Positions 9,601 through 19,484 of a DNA stretch of 64,000 bases are shown here, piece by piece. A model generated the notes under the pieces. It saw nothing but the letters and a program-made list of their open reading frames with translations, was not told the origin of the DNA and made no database searches. The stretch's first letter is position 1. Each line of letters starts with the position of its first letter. The position numbers and the translations under genes are program-made. The DNA comes from Schizochytrium sp. TIO01 (lineage: Eukaryota; Protista; Bigyra: Labyrinthulomycetes), in contig SMSO01000032.1 of assembly GCA_004764695.1 (NCBI GenBank), forward strand, positions 1,674,001 to 1,738,000. The letters are read 5' to 3'.

Positions 9601-12435
9601 GCCCCACCCCAAGTGATCAAGCGCGTTATCAGCAAACTTGATTTTCGAGAGGCGTACACCATTGTAGTGCTCAACTCATGCGCTGTGGAGGCCGACCTTG
9701 GTGTGGCAAATGGTGCCCCCCCTGGTGAAGTTACAGATATCATGGCTGGACATCGTCGCTTGGATCCTGAGATGACACCGCACTATTTCCGTGCTTGGGT
9801 GCTTGCACGACGGGAAGAGCTCTGCATTCCGGACCCGCATATCACAAGTACAGTGTTTGGCGTAACGCAGTCAAGTGCAACACTAAATGCACCAGATACA
9901 TGGCCACATCGCTACACATGGCACTCGGATGAGTTGGTGACACTTGCAATAACGCGACCTCGTGATGCAAAAGATTTTGCTGACATCAGCCATCGTGGTG
10001 CAACTGTGGGATCAAATGACCCTAATGCTTATCAAAGCGTTATGACTGTATATGATGAGCGCTATCTACAACGACGACCACGTACAAAGCTGGTGAAAGA
10101 GCTTGCAGCTTACGAGGAGCGCGTTGAGAACCAGAAATCTGATGAGCTAATGATCACGAGACTCGAGGCAGCAGCAAAATCAAAGAAAAATTCTGAAGAA
10201 GCACGTATCTTGCTTGAACAAGAGCTAAACGATAAACGCTTACGAAGGGAGCGGGAACTCCGCGGCAAGAGCAAAGAGTATGGTGGGGGGGCCTCTTTGG
10301 AAGATTGGAAGCGTCGCCTTGATGAGAAAACTACTCGCAAGCTTGGCCGCTGGAGAAGCTGGCAAGCATACCTTTACTTGGATACCCAAGCTAAAGAGAT
10401 CGTCCGGCGTGCTGCTCAGCAAGTGGAGCTTGACCAACTCGCCCGGATCGCTGCAGGCAAGAGACCAAAACCCCGCAAAGTTATTGAGGAAGAGGCCTTT
10501 TCTCTTGCAGTACGTGAAGGCACGCTATTTTACCATCATCAAGTCGATAATATATTCCAATGGGACCAGCCCGAGGGCTGGCAAGGTGTGGCAAGTGTAC
10601 CCGCTCCTGAAGAAGAAGACCCACATCGGACACAACAAGAAATGCAGCGAGAAGTCGAAAGGCAATCTCATAATCTACGTGGCGATGAAGGTGGCCTTAC
10701 GGAGGATAATGTAGGACTAGATGCAGAGTTTGATGCTCAAGGTCTTGGGACGAAGCCAGACAACGAGCTTAAAAAGCTTCAGCAGGCCGGTGCCGCACAT
10801 GCTTTGGAAGCTGCCCGACAGGTAGAGCATTCACGAAGATTGCGCTTCATTGAAGAGAATGTAAGAACTTGGATGGATATGAAGGCTGGAGTCAGTACTG
10901 TAGGTGGGGTTTTTGACCTTCGTGTTTGCTTTCAGGAAATGGATGAGAACCGTACCGGTGTATTGTCATATCCTGAGTTTAAAATGGGCATTGCCAATAA
11001 TGCCTTAGAGATTCCTGTTGAAGATCAAGATACTTTGATAAAACATCTTGACAAGGAAAACAACGGTGTAGTCGACTATATCGAATTCGTCCATTGGGCA
11101 ATTTATACGAGACCAAACTCTATGTATCAGTGGATGCAGGTTTCAATGGATTTACCAGATCTAGGTCCGAATACTTGGGCCAAGATGCAAGCAAAGGACA
11201 AACTTCTAAGTACAGTTGCACTGCATGAAGAGTACAAAGAAATGCAAACAGGCCAGCACTACTATTATAGCTTGCACTCCGGAGAGTTTTCTTGGGTAAT
11301 GCCAGAGGTAGTGGCACAGAAAAAACGTGAGGACCGCGATGCACATGAGCTGCGCCAAGCTCAAGTGGCGGCCGCGCTAGCTGCAAAGGCAGCTGCTGTT
11401 TCCGCAGCTCAAGCAGAACGAGCTTCGGATCGTTCAATGCAACGTATTGTCGAACACTTAACAACCAGTGCAGACTTCGTACAGCTTGTTGCAGAGGAGC
11501 TCGGGTTGAAACAGCTACCCGAAAAACAGGTCTTGCCACCGGTTCAAGATTTAGAAGTCTTTAGTCCAATACACGAAGGACACGCCAAGCATCGAAGTCT
11601 TGTTCCTCATCTACTTTTGGGGGGGCGTTCAAGTGAGGCGAGCAGCATGGCATCAAGTGAGCGGTCTGATTCTTCGAGCTACAGTGATTCATCATCTGCA
11701 AGTGAAATTGACGACGATGGGATCCCGCGAGCGAAGAGTACCTTTACCTCAGCAACAGCAGCTACTATTGATGTTGAACTGGCAAGCCGAAAGCCTGGTG
11801 TTGAATGGCGAGGATTACGAGCAAAACGTATCGAAGGTGCTGGCTTCGTGACCAAGGCATCAACGCCGATCACACGGGGAGCGGACCCTATGGTATACAA
11901 TGTCAATTTCAACCGCCCTTCGTTAGTTGGAGTAGTTGATCCAGCAGATGTAAGTCATGTCCCATTTGAAGATTTCCCTGCTGTAGAAACGAAGTTTATA
12001 GCGGACATTTTGGAAGATGCTCTGCGTGGCACTGCCATGACAAAGGAAGATCTGCTAGATAAATCTGATGAGGAGGAAATGATCGAGCTTACAATGAACG
12101 CCTTTCTGGCAGTTAAAAACTTGAATATGGCCAAGCTTGAGGAATCGCTGGAGCTTGGGGTTCAGGTCGGCGAACGTGATGAGAATGGCAACACGTTATT
12201 CATTTTGGCTGTGCAACAAGGAAGCAAACGTTTTGCAAAGTTCCTCTTGAGGCGCGGTGCTGATATCAATGCGCAGAACCTCCAAGGCAATACAGCCCTG
12301 CACTACTGCTTCCAGTACAGCTTCAACGAACTTGCAGAATACCTTATTAGCAAGGGTGCCGACGATTCTTTGTTAAACAAGGATGGTCTCACAGCATACG
12401 AAGGTCTCAACAAGAGCGTTGTTGCAAATATGTAA
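6610..12435 (+). CDS. Large WW-like / EF-hand pair / C-terminal ankyrin-repeat protein (alternative start 6718)
   Basis: 1941-codon uninterrupted ORF. EF-hand loops DENRTGVLSYPE and DKENNGVVDYIE; WW-like FYHHQVDNIFQWDQP and YYYSLHSGEFSWVMP; ankyrin repeats GNTLFILAVQQG...GADINAQNLQGNTALHYC...GADDSLLNKDGLTAYE; coiled-coil-like stretches. Confidence 0.9.
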   Translation: MVLEVYSGQATLGYKKASNDRGEGLGRASGRILESKMTSKSPEGREGAGRRERRAAEKEYRDFLFDVESSAKRILRDVTKRKQAEAVRAKFQARQQHDTTKAGSKRPRPGQSSSPGGNRPEVGSRGADEQERRLALPENDREITLEIPLPKKFLPPKHGTPSNRDAGYTQSLPDLNSPAMYKPKSTSTAAVIIARVKQKLADSPLQPKSEAFFAGQSKQQLQNERAIQQQERSREQEHMMARKPKLVDVVSKNSGNIIKLKGHFAPGTVPPRAEHAVPRRLALSAWLNPNKPSAVDRGLSDHALKALTQANELQGPTNWASVDLRGKYRDEKQRTQAWMASLERLAEAERLQREQQIYIPVVTIGEHPVHIDYKEWIVEENIDAAKRARARNRLKTFAYDLPVIWNANRPENPILELEHQAENAQRAGDKAYPPVTRGVNGVAGRRDVLAHEGHNCQVQSVTPERAIEGAVRVSEFLKHSGSESSLVQKKLEEMQRLRSEAKLKSGASVLERVQARERRLHRAQDSNAIFRAIVLGRSDGTIMEGSTSEADADAILISVFKDETSYALQAYSFSDSSEFATDVLIEDFERMIQTEIDLRAHEQDDLKALHEERMYIESEMRQARETEAREHEMALWWYAAMIAAERAHFQTSEDVFAELVGYSYSEARASAARVEQLLKRNLISPKLASVVHRQCIRVSYLRARVATGEVCPCALIAALAAVEEQDLDSTCIVLHLRRLDNKYLEPFGFCFSVSALRKWMQDTSLIEQIDLPPPQLKWWLLASEWRTQLFKILSSYVSIDLESGRSFIPGLELAQGALQYERMRRATESVQSAILDLPELPPLDSLPALTSEQAIQKVLFKGFGLVQRLWERKRMQTRRDVKSLQPGDLEASGENITVMGFSNDLPMALAICGRRFGDPNYIGCDPPSTSMLGRTILTPVLFTRDPQISSTNSVTCVLMTALDSPILVPILQSFDPRQLQPVAAKEYLDLPKFAILTAPPQVIKRVISKLDFREAYTIVVLNSCAVEADLGVANGAPPGEVTDIMAGHRRLDPEMTPHYFRAWVLARREELCIPDPHITSTVFGVTQSSATLNAPDTWPHRYTWHSDELVTLAITRPRDAKDFADISHRGATVGSNDPNAYQSVMTVYDERYLQRRPRTKLVKELAAYEERVENQKSDELMITRLEAAAKSKKNSEEARILLEQELNDKRLRRERELRGKSKEYGGGASLEDWKRRLDEKTTRKLGRWRSWQAYLYLDTQAKEIVRRAAQQVELDQLARIAAGKRPKPRKVIEEEAFSLAVREGTLFYHHQVDNIFQWDQPEGWQGVASVPAPEEEDPHRTQQEMQREVERQSHNLRGDEGGLTEDNVGLDAEFDAQGLGTKPDNELKKLQQAGAAHALEAARQVEHSRRLRFIEENVRTWMDMKAGVSTVGGVFDLRVCFQEMDENRTGVLSYPEFKMGIANNALEIPVEDQDTLIKHLDKENNGVVDYIEFVHWAIYTRPNSMYQWMQVSMDLPDLGPNTWAKMQAKDKLLSTVALHEEYKEMQTGQHYYYSLHSGEFSWVMPEVVAQKKREDRDAHELRQAQVAAALAAKAAAVSAAQAERASDRSMQRIVEHLTTSADFVQLVAEELGLKQLPEKQVLPPVQDLEVFSPIHEGHAKHRSLVPHLLLGGRSSEASSMASSERSDSSSYSDSSSASEIDDDGIPRAKSTFTSATAATIDVELASRKPGVEWRGLRAKRIEGAGFVTKASTPITRGADPMVYNVNFNRPSLVGVVDPADVSHVPFEDFPAVETKFIADILEDALRGTAMTKEDLLDKSDEEEMIELTMNAFLAVKNLNMAKLEESLELGVQVGERDENGNTLFILAVQQGSKRFAKFLLRRGADINAQNLQGNTALHYCFQYSFNELAEYLISKGADDSLLNKDGLTAYEGLNKSVVANM

Positions 12436-13197
12436 CAGGTACACGTATATATGTTTTTCTTGAATTCATACTTTATCTTTAATTCTTTATGAGGGACATG
12501 CATAAATCGAACTTTACATCTTTGCTTGAAGCTACGATTTATCCTGCTTTTCTCACTCAATGACCTAAATAAACTTCATAGTTTTAGAAAATACTATTCT
12601 AAAGAAGGCAACATGCAGAAAGATTGATTACAGCATGACTTCATAGTAATGTGAATGTAACCTCATGTAAATTACTAGAGATTACTGTTGTGGGGGAGTG
12701 CTGACAAAAGTATTTCAAATTACCCTTCACCCCCCGTTAATAACAACATAGCTACTCCTACCTAGTAGCTAGGTACCTAAGTAGTAGCTTTCAACCAATT
12801 AGTCATTTGCAATGCACTCTATTCAACAGGCATATACAATTTGCGTGCTCACGACCAACTCATGCTTGTATGTCCCAACCAATCGCGCTTGGTAGCCCTT
12901 ATTTTCAAATCACTTAAGTGATATACCCAACCCGAGATCTCAGCTCTTTATCTCCTCACCTCAATCTCATCGATGCTATGCCTAAACTAATTATTTTCTC
13001 ATTCGCACATTCATTGGCTCATCAAGAATTCCCCCTTGCTAGGCCTTACTCATAGGAGTTTTCGATTTTACTAACGAGGAGTAATATTCACCATTTTCTT
13101 GCAATCTCTAGCTCAAGCAGTCTGCTTGCAATTTTTAATTCCATATCCCGCTACGAACATTGTCCTCACTTCGCCGCGGCCTCTTCTCCTTTGCACC

Positions 13198-14025
13198 ATG
13201 CTCTCCCTTCGTCTCTGCTCGCGGCCGCTTCTGCAAGCCTCTTCGGCATCCCGTCGTGTGGCCCTCATGCCCCGTCGTCTTATGAACACCTCCACTACTG
13301 CCGCCTCTGCAGCAGCACCTGAGGCCGCTGCTGCGCCCGAGGCCGCTGCTGAGGCTGGCTGGAGCCTCCGTGCCCGTGTGATTGGCTTCTCTGCCTTCGT
13401 GGCATTTGGTGGCGCTGCTTCCTTCACGTACATGCTTGCCACAGATGAGGCATTTCTCTTCTCTGCACGGGATCGCGTTCCCAAGCTTGTGAACTTCTTT
13501 GCTCCGTACGCCGGGCTTGCAGTGGAGGAGGAGTCTGGTGAGGTTGACGTCGAGGCCTTCTTCCCGCGTCATATCTCCGAGGTTGTCGGTGACAAGGTCG
13601 AGGTGGCCGTGGTGCTTAGGTCTGGCCGCGTTGTGGTCGTGGAGACCGATGCCGACGCTGCTCTGCCCGAGATCGACCGCAAGCTGCTCGCGGCGCTCGA
13701 GACAAACACACTTGTCAACGACCCCGTTGTCAGCTTTAGCTTCCTCGACCCTGAGGAAGCCAAGGTTCTCAAGTCTAAGAGCGCTGAGGAGCTCTCCAAT
13801 GCCTTCAAGGCTAAGATCCCGCAGATCCCCCCTGAAGGTACTGTTACCAAGGCAGAACTCGAACAGCTCCTCAATGTCTACCGCCGCCTCGAACTTGAGT
13901 ACTACACCAACATCGAGCTCGCTAGACGCTCTGGTGATGACTTTACCCTCGCTCAGCGCGCCATCGTGGAGCTTGATGGACTCAAGAAGGAGATCAAGCA
14001 GCGGATCAAGCGTGCTCCCAAGTAA
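13198..14025 (+). CDS. Hypothetical mitochondrial membrane protein (275 aa)
   Basis: ATG in CACC-ATG context. Arg/Ser/Leu-rich, acid-free N-terminus (MLSLRLCSRPLLQASSASRRVALMPRRLMN), one hydrophobic segment (VIGFSAFVAFGGAASFTYML), C-terminal helical region, strong C/G third-position bias. Confidence 0.8.
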   Translation: MLSLRLCSRPLLQASSASRRVALMPRRLMNTSTTAASAAAPEAAAAPEAAAEAGWSLRARVIGFSAFVAFGGAASFTYMLATDEAFLFSARDRVPKLVNFFAPYAGLAVEEESGEVDVEAFFPRHISEVVGDKVEVAVVLRSGRVVVVETDADAALPEIDRKLLAALETNTLVNDPVVSFSFLDPEEAKVLKSKSAEELSNAFKAKIPQIPPEGTVTKAELEQLLNVYRRLELEYYTNIELARRSGDDFTLAQRAIVELDGLKKEIKQRIKRAPK

Positions 14026-14806
14026 ATGGGTGCAGTCGGAACAGAAAACACTCTGCATATGCCACTTCGTTTAACTTTGTGCTATCTCGCCTTACTCCAT
14101 GGTATGTGAGTTGGAATGAGACTGTTCATGTGAGGAGGCAGAATCAAGGTTCAAAGATTTCTTGTGTTCGTTCTCTTTATTGCTTGCTTAATGTTACTAT
14201 GCAGCGAGCTTTAGGCATGGTTGGGCGAACTTGAAATCACATGAATGGATTGATACATGAAGCGCTTCAAGTGGCACGTGAACTTGTGTTTTTGATCTTT
14301 CCTGCCTGCCGTGCATGAGAAAATTGAGACTGCGCGTTGCCAGCAAATGAGAGATCAAGTTGCAAAGAACTTTTAATTGACAAAATCATAATTGCAAAGC
14401 TGAGAATCTTCAGAGTTACTCTAACTATGAAGGATAAGGGAAGGAAAGAAAGGGAAGTAAAATGCTTCTAAATCTTGCCTTCCTACTTTTTAACTTTCTA
14501 CTACTACACTCTCTAATAATGAACGAATACCGAGTACTACGTTTGCTTGCTTTCACAACATTGCAACTGCTTCTGCTGCTGCTACAGCAGTACAATTGAC
14601 GTAGGGAGGCTTGACTCAGCAGCTACGCGTTGAATTTTTATTCTTGTGCCTTGGCACAACTCAAGGCCACTCTCCCTCCCCGCAGCATAGAGCCATCCTG
14701 AACTCTCCTAGTGCTAACTTAATCGATAGTGTTCGTAGTTAACTTGGCATGGCTTGATTAAGCTACGATGAACATCCTGGGAAATGGCAGTTAGCAAACT
14801 ATGTTT

Positions 14807-15790
14807 TCATCGTGGTGAAGCAGGTGATGGGCTAGAAAAATTTGCCTTCCATTGTGACTGTGGACCGAGGAGACTTTCCGCGAGTTCAGTAAGTGCTTGA
14901 CCACAGGTAACATCATCAATCTTAAAGTCTGCGATAGGATCTGCGCGGGTGTCACCAACATTGATAATGCCAAACGGCTTGCCCTGCTCCTTCGCCGCTT
15001 TACACAAGCGGTAACTAGACCAAACAGTAACCGAAGACCCAACCACCAGGAGACTATCTGCGTCATGAACAGCCTGAAATGAATCCTCTTTTACCTGTGA
15101 AGGCACTGTGCCTCCAAAAAAGACAATCGTGGGCATGATCACACCGCCACACTGTACGCAGCTGGGTACAAAAAAGCTGTCGTATTCGGTAATATCTAAA
15201 TGAGCATCTCCATCAGCGCGAATATCTACAATGTCATCTGGGTTAAGGTGTTCATCAAACCATGTCTTGTTTACCTTGTAAAGGTTGTCCTGATACTCAC
15301 GTCTTGAAGTCTCGTTCCCACAGCTCAAGCATTTCACGCCACTACCATGACCGTGCAACTCCAGCACATTCTTCGATCCGGCCATCGTGTGCAAACGATC
15401 CACATTTTGCGTGATCACTCGAGAAACATGGCCAGCCTGTTCTAGAGCTGCAATGGCAATGTGACTCGCATTCGGTTGAGCCCGCAAAAAATGTCGCTGC
15501 GCAACAACAGCTCGAGCCCAGTACCTTTTGCGTCGCTCTCCAGATTTGACAAACTCCTGGTGAGTCATAGGCTTATGACCTCTGCTGTAGGAACCTTCTG
15601 GCGAGCGATAGTCTGGGATCCCACTTTCTGTGGATACGCCTGCGCCACTAAGCACGCATACTTTGCCAGGGAGCGGTGAAGTCCTACGCTCCGAAGCCTG
15701 ATGAGCCTCTCGAAAGAACTTCGTCAGGTCTCGAAGTGCCTCAGGGCGCAGCCTCTGTCTCAGCGCAGGAGGCACAAAACTCGAAGCCAT
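14807..15790 (-). CDS. SIRT4: NAD-dependent protein deacylase, sirtuin class II (SIRT4-like)
   Basis: GAGVSTESGIPDYRS, RKRYWAR, TQNVDRLH, ELHG, zinc cysteines CLSC and CVQC, RADGD loop, VFFG and GSS motifs. Confidence 0.92.
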   Translation of the reverse strand: MASSFVPPALRQRLRPEALRDLTKFFREAHQASERRTSPLPGKVCVLSGAGVSTESGIPDYRSPEGSYSRGHKPMTHQEFVKSGERRKRYWARAVVAQRHFLRAQPNASHIAIAALEQAGHVSRVITQNVDRLHTMAGSKNVLELHGHGSGVKCLSCGNETSRREYQDNLYKVNKTWFDEHLNPDDIVDIRADGDAHLDITEYDSFFVPSCVQCGGVIMPTIVFFGGTVPSQVKEDSFQAVHDADSLLVVGSSVTVWSSYRLCKAAKEQGKPFGIINVGDTRADPIADFKIDDVTCGQALTELAESLLGPQSQWKANFSSPSPASPR

Positions 15791-16288
15791 CTTGTGAATT
15801 CTGCAAACTCCGGCTCTAGCCCAAGCTCGACCTTGGTCAAAGGCCTTGTTCGGGATTTGCGCTTCGTTGTTCTGGCTTCTCCGAGTTTACGATGAATAAT
15901 TTCCAATACCTATTTTAAGCTCTATCAGCCCTCGTAATACCCTTAAGGACCCTCCCTATCTATCCTTATAAAGAGTAAGGTGATTTTTTCATTTTTTTGA
16001 ACAGAACGAGGCGAACGACTCCTTTAGAACCTGCAGGGTAGAAAATTGTTATTTGGCTTAGTAGCGTTTGCTGCAGCAATAGTGCGGGTTCATACAAGGA
16101 TTGAACTGTTAACAATGCACGTAGACCCCAATCTGGTTTCAATCATGTCCAAGTTGAGGAAAGAAAGAAGAAAAATAGATTGATTGAATGAGTGAGTGAG
16201 CAGAACCAATTGGTGATTAGAACGAAGAACAAATCAGTGTTCAGTGTATCATGTTGATCTTGCATGTAGATTTATGTATTATAGGTAA

Positions 16289-17896
16289 TTAAAGACGGGA
16301 GCCTAGAGTATAGGCATCCTTGTCAAGGCCGCTCAGGTGATACCAGAAGCGTAGACACGAGCTACCCCAATTATTCACAATGGTTCCATCCGGGCGTTTG
16401 TACCAGCTTGTACAGGAAGGGTCAGCAAAAGTAGTTTCCTGTAGATCCTTCTGCAACTTCTGAAAATCTTGTTCGAAATCTTCCTCATTTACCTCGATGG
16501 AGGTGGCTCCTCGATCAATCATAAATTTGATCATCCTCATGACATAGTTGACCTGCGTTTCAACCATGAAGATGATACTGTTATGGCCCAAATTGCTTCC
16601 TGGACCATATAGAAAAAACAGATTAGGAAAGTGTGCAACTGCAACAGACTTGTAAGCTTTAGGAATATCCTTCCAGTAATCCTGTAGGGACATGCCATCG
16701 CCATTGCGAATCTCAATATGGCTCAAAAACTGGGTTGTCTCAAAACCAGTTGCATAGATGATTACATCTGCCTGCTCCTTAGACCCGTCGTTATACTCAA
16801 CACCATCTTCTGTGATTCGTGCGAGTGTCTTCTCTGTAACTAAATCAACATTGTCACGAGTCAGCATTGGAAGCCAATGCTCGGCGAGAGCTATCCGTTT
16901 GCAGCCGATTTCATAGCGAGGAATAATAACTTCTTTTGGATACTTATACTTGGAGGCTTCGAGCATTTCATGTGATGTCTCAGACTTGACAAAATCATAA
17001 ACTGTGCCTGGGCCACGGTACGGAGTGCTTAGTCCGTAAAAGAGAACCTCACTTGAAAGGAATAGAGATGCTCGATAAGCCACGCGAGCAAATGGCACAT
17101 ATCGAAATATGTTTTTAGCGAGTTCTGAATATTCGTAATCCTGCTTGGCGAAACACCAGATTGGGGAGCGCTGGATAACTGACAGATGATCAGCCTCCAT
17201 GGCTACCATTGGAAATGCTTGGATCGCTGTTGCTCCAGTGCCAACGCCAATTACTTTCTTCCCCTTTAGATCAATATCATTACGCCACTGAGCTGTGTGC
17301 CACGACTCGCCCCGGAAGTCTTCAATGCCAGGAACGTTGGGCCATTTGGGAATATCCAGTTGGCCAGCTGCGGGAACAAAAAATGTGAATTCACTTTCGC
17401 GAATGGAACCATCTGCATATTGGACCTTAATATTCCAACGTTTGCTTGAGTTATTAAAGTTGGCACTCAGGATAGAGCAATTAAAATGCGCATGCTCACC
17501 AAGACGATGCTTTGCAGCGACCTCTTCGAAGTAGTTTAGTATCTCGTCGCGCTTTGCCCATTTACGAGACCAGTTGGTGCGTGGTTCAAAGGAGAACGAG
17601 TACACATGCGAAGGAACGTCGCATGCACAGTCGGGATACTTGTTATGACGCCAGGTGCCACCAAACCCATCTGATTTCTCAAAAATCTCGAAAGGGATCC
17701 CCGCCTCTTGCAGTTTGATAGCAAGGCATATTGCGCTCATACCCCCACCCAAGATAGCCACCTTAACACCCTGAATTTTGCAACGCTCCTGCATCAGCAC
17801 TTTCTCTTGATGTTCTCCATATTTCTTCCACAACAGCGCTGCAGCAGCCACTCCAGCAACTGTTACTAAGTTGTTCCCGTTTTTACCTTTGGTCAT
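16289..17896 (-). CDS. Class B flavin monooxygenase, Baeyer-Villiger type, copy A (C-terminal SRL)
   Basis: Rossmann motif GGGMSA, GGTWRHNKYPDCACD, fingerprint FRGESWHTAQW, second Rossmann GTGATA, GCKR, ATGF; ends GSRL. Confidence 0.92.
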   Translation of the reverse strand: MTKGKNGNNLVTVAGVAAAALLWKKYGEHQEKVLMQERCKIQGVKVAILGGGMSAICLAIKLQEAGIPFEIFEKSDGFGGTWRHNKYPDCACDVPSHVYSFSFEPRTNWSRKWAKRDEILNYFEEVAAKHRLGEHAHFNCSILSANFNNSSKRWNIKVQYADGSIRESEFTFFVPAAGQLDIPKWPNVPGIEDFRGESWHTAQWRNDIDLKGKKVIGVGTGATAIQAFPMVAMEADHLSVIQRSPIWCFAKQDYEYSELAKNIFRYVPFARVAYRASLFLSSEVLFYGLSTPYRGPGTVYDFVKSETSHEMLEASKYKYPKEVIIPRYEIGCKRIALAEHWLPMLTRDNVDLVTEKTLARITEDGVEYNDGSKEQADVIIYATGFETTQFLSHIEIRNGDGMSLQDYWKDIPKAYKSVAVAHFPNLFFLYGPGSNLGHNSIIFMVETQVNYVMRMIKFMIDRGATSIEVNEEDFEQDFQKLQKDLQETTFADPSCTSWYKRPDGTIVNNWGSSCLRFWYHLSGLDKDAYTLGSRL

Positions 17897-19484
17897 GCTG
17901 TCTTACTCCGCGGACAGCAATGCACAAGATCAATCCAAAAGATACAAACTAATAATCCCAAATCCTCTTACTACCTGTATCGTTTAGGTCAGATACAGGG
18001 TACTTGCTTGAGTGCACTATGTTGGTTGTATCGCACTGCCCCCAGTCACTTCGCAGTGAGTTTCCTGTGCGCAGTCTAATCTCAACCAGCTCAAGATCAA
18101 TTTCGGTTTTGCTGCGAGCTCCAACCTCAACGCACGTTGAGCAGTACTTCAGCGAGCCCTGATTTCAGCTAGCAACTTGTAAGTCACCACTCTAAAGAAA
18201 GCTGCCTCTCCTCGCCTGAGACTGGTGGCTGTGTTGAACCGTTTTTCGCACTAAGTCCGCCGCAAACCTGTCCAAATCCCGTCTCCATTACGAATAGGCC
18301 TTCTTAAGAGTTTCTATGATCAAAGTGTCTTTGGCATCGTCAGTGCGACCACTCAGCACAGAAAGCCAAGCAAACCAATCTCTAGGCCTCCTTCTGGCAC
18401 CACCTCCCTCCTCGCTACGCATATTGCAGCAACAGGAACCATAAGAGCCCCTCAGTTTCCAACATTTTGCGTCTCCTCGAAGCGGACACCTCAACATTCT
18501 CCAGTGGATTGCGGCGCAGCCCCATTTCCACAGCGAGAATAACCCTCTTGCTCTGTGTCAGCTCTCACTCGCGCGGCCTTGGATCTTTGCTCGTAGGTAT
18601 TTATTTGTTTCTGTCTTCGAAATGTCTTCAGTTCGACTTGAGTCCTCCACATTCGTACCGAGCAGGTACCCTACCGTACTAGCTAGGTAGACACTAGGCA
18701 GGGAGGTAGGAGACTCTCGAGCTTCAACAAGTACAACAGCGAAAGCATTTGCTTTGTTGCTTCAACTCGCTCTTCGAGTTCAAGGGCGAGGTTTCATGGT
18801 TTTGCGGCGGGGGGTTTAAGCTCACTCGTGCAGATAGATGGGCCATCGCTCGCTTAGACTTCCTTGCGCAAGTTGTGGAAACAGATCGCGTGGTGTATTG
18901 GTTGTTCGGGCCTGATCGACTGGGACCGGATGGAACCTGAGTTATGGACTGGTGAAGTACAGAACCCGTTTTGGACTGCGTGAATTGTGAAGGAGATCGG
19001 TTTATATCGGTAGGCAACTACGATACGGACTTCAGGCTTTGGATGAGGCTGGTAAAAGTAATATTATATTCCTGATGAAGTCGTTGTTGTTGAGAAGTCC
19101 CATCTCCTCTGTCCAGTTTGGCATTTGGGGTAATTACCATCTGCCGGGCCTCTATGAAATAGGTTTGGATTGAGTAGATTGGATGTGAATAACACATGCC
19201 ATGGACGCGATAGTAGAGTAAAGGGAATGAATGGACTTGTAGTGATGATGGCATTTTGGTCATGAAAAGGGCTTTTGATTGATGCTGTAGGTCTTGAGGA
19301 TGGCAAGAGGGTGCGGCAAAATTGTGGAGAGAGATAAATATTCGAGAAAGGAATCCGCAGAGGGAATGCATATTGAAAAGATACTTTTCTTAACTTACGA
19401 AAGAGTCTGGATAGATTTAGAATATAATGTATGAGGAGTATGCACATTAATCAAAGGACGTCTTTGGCACGTTGGGTCCAGAAC

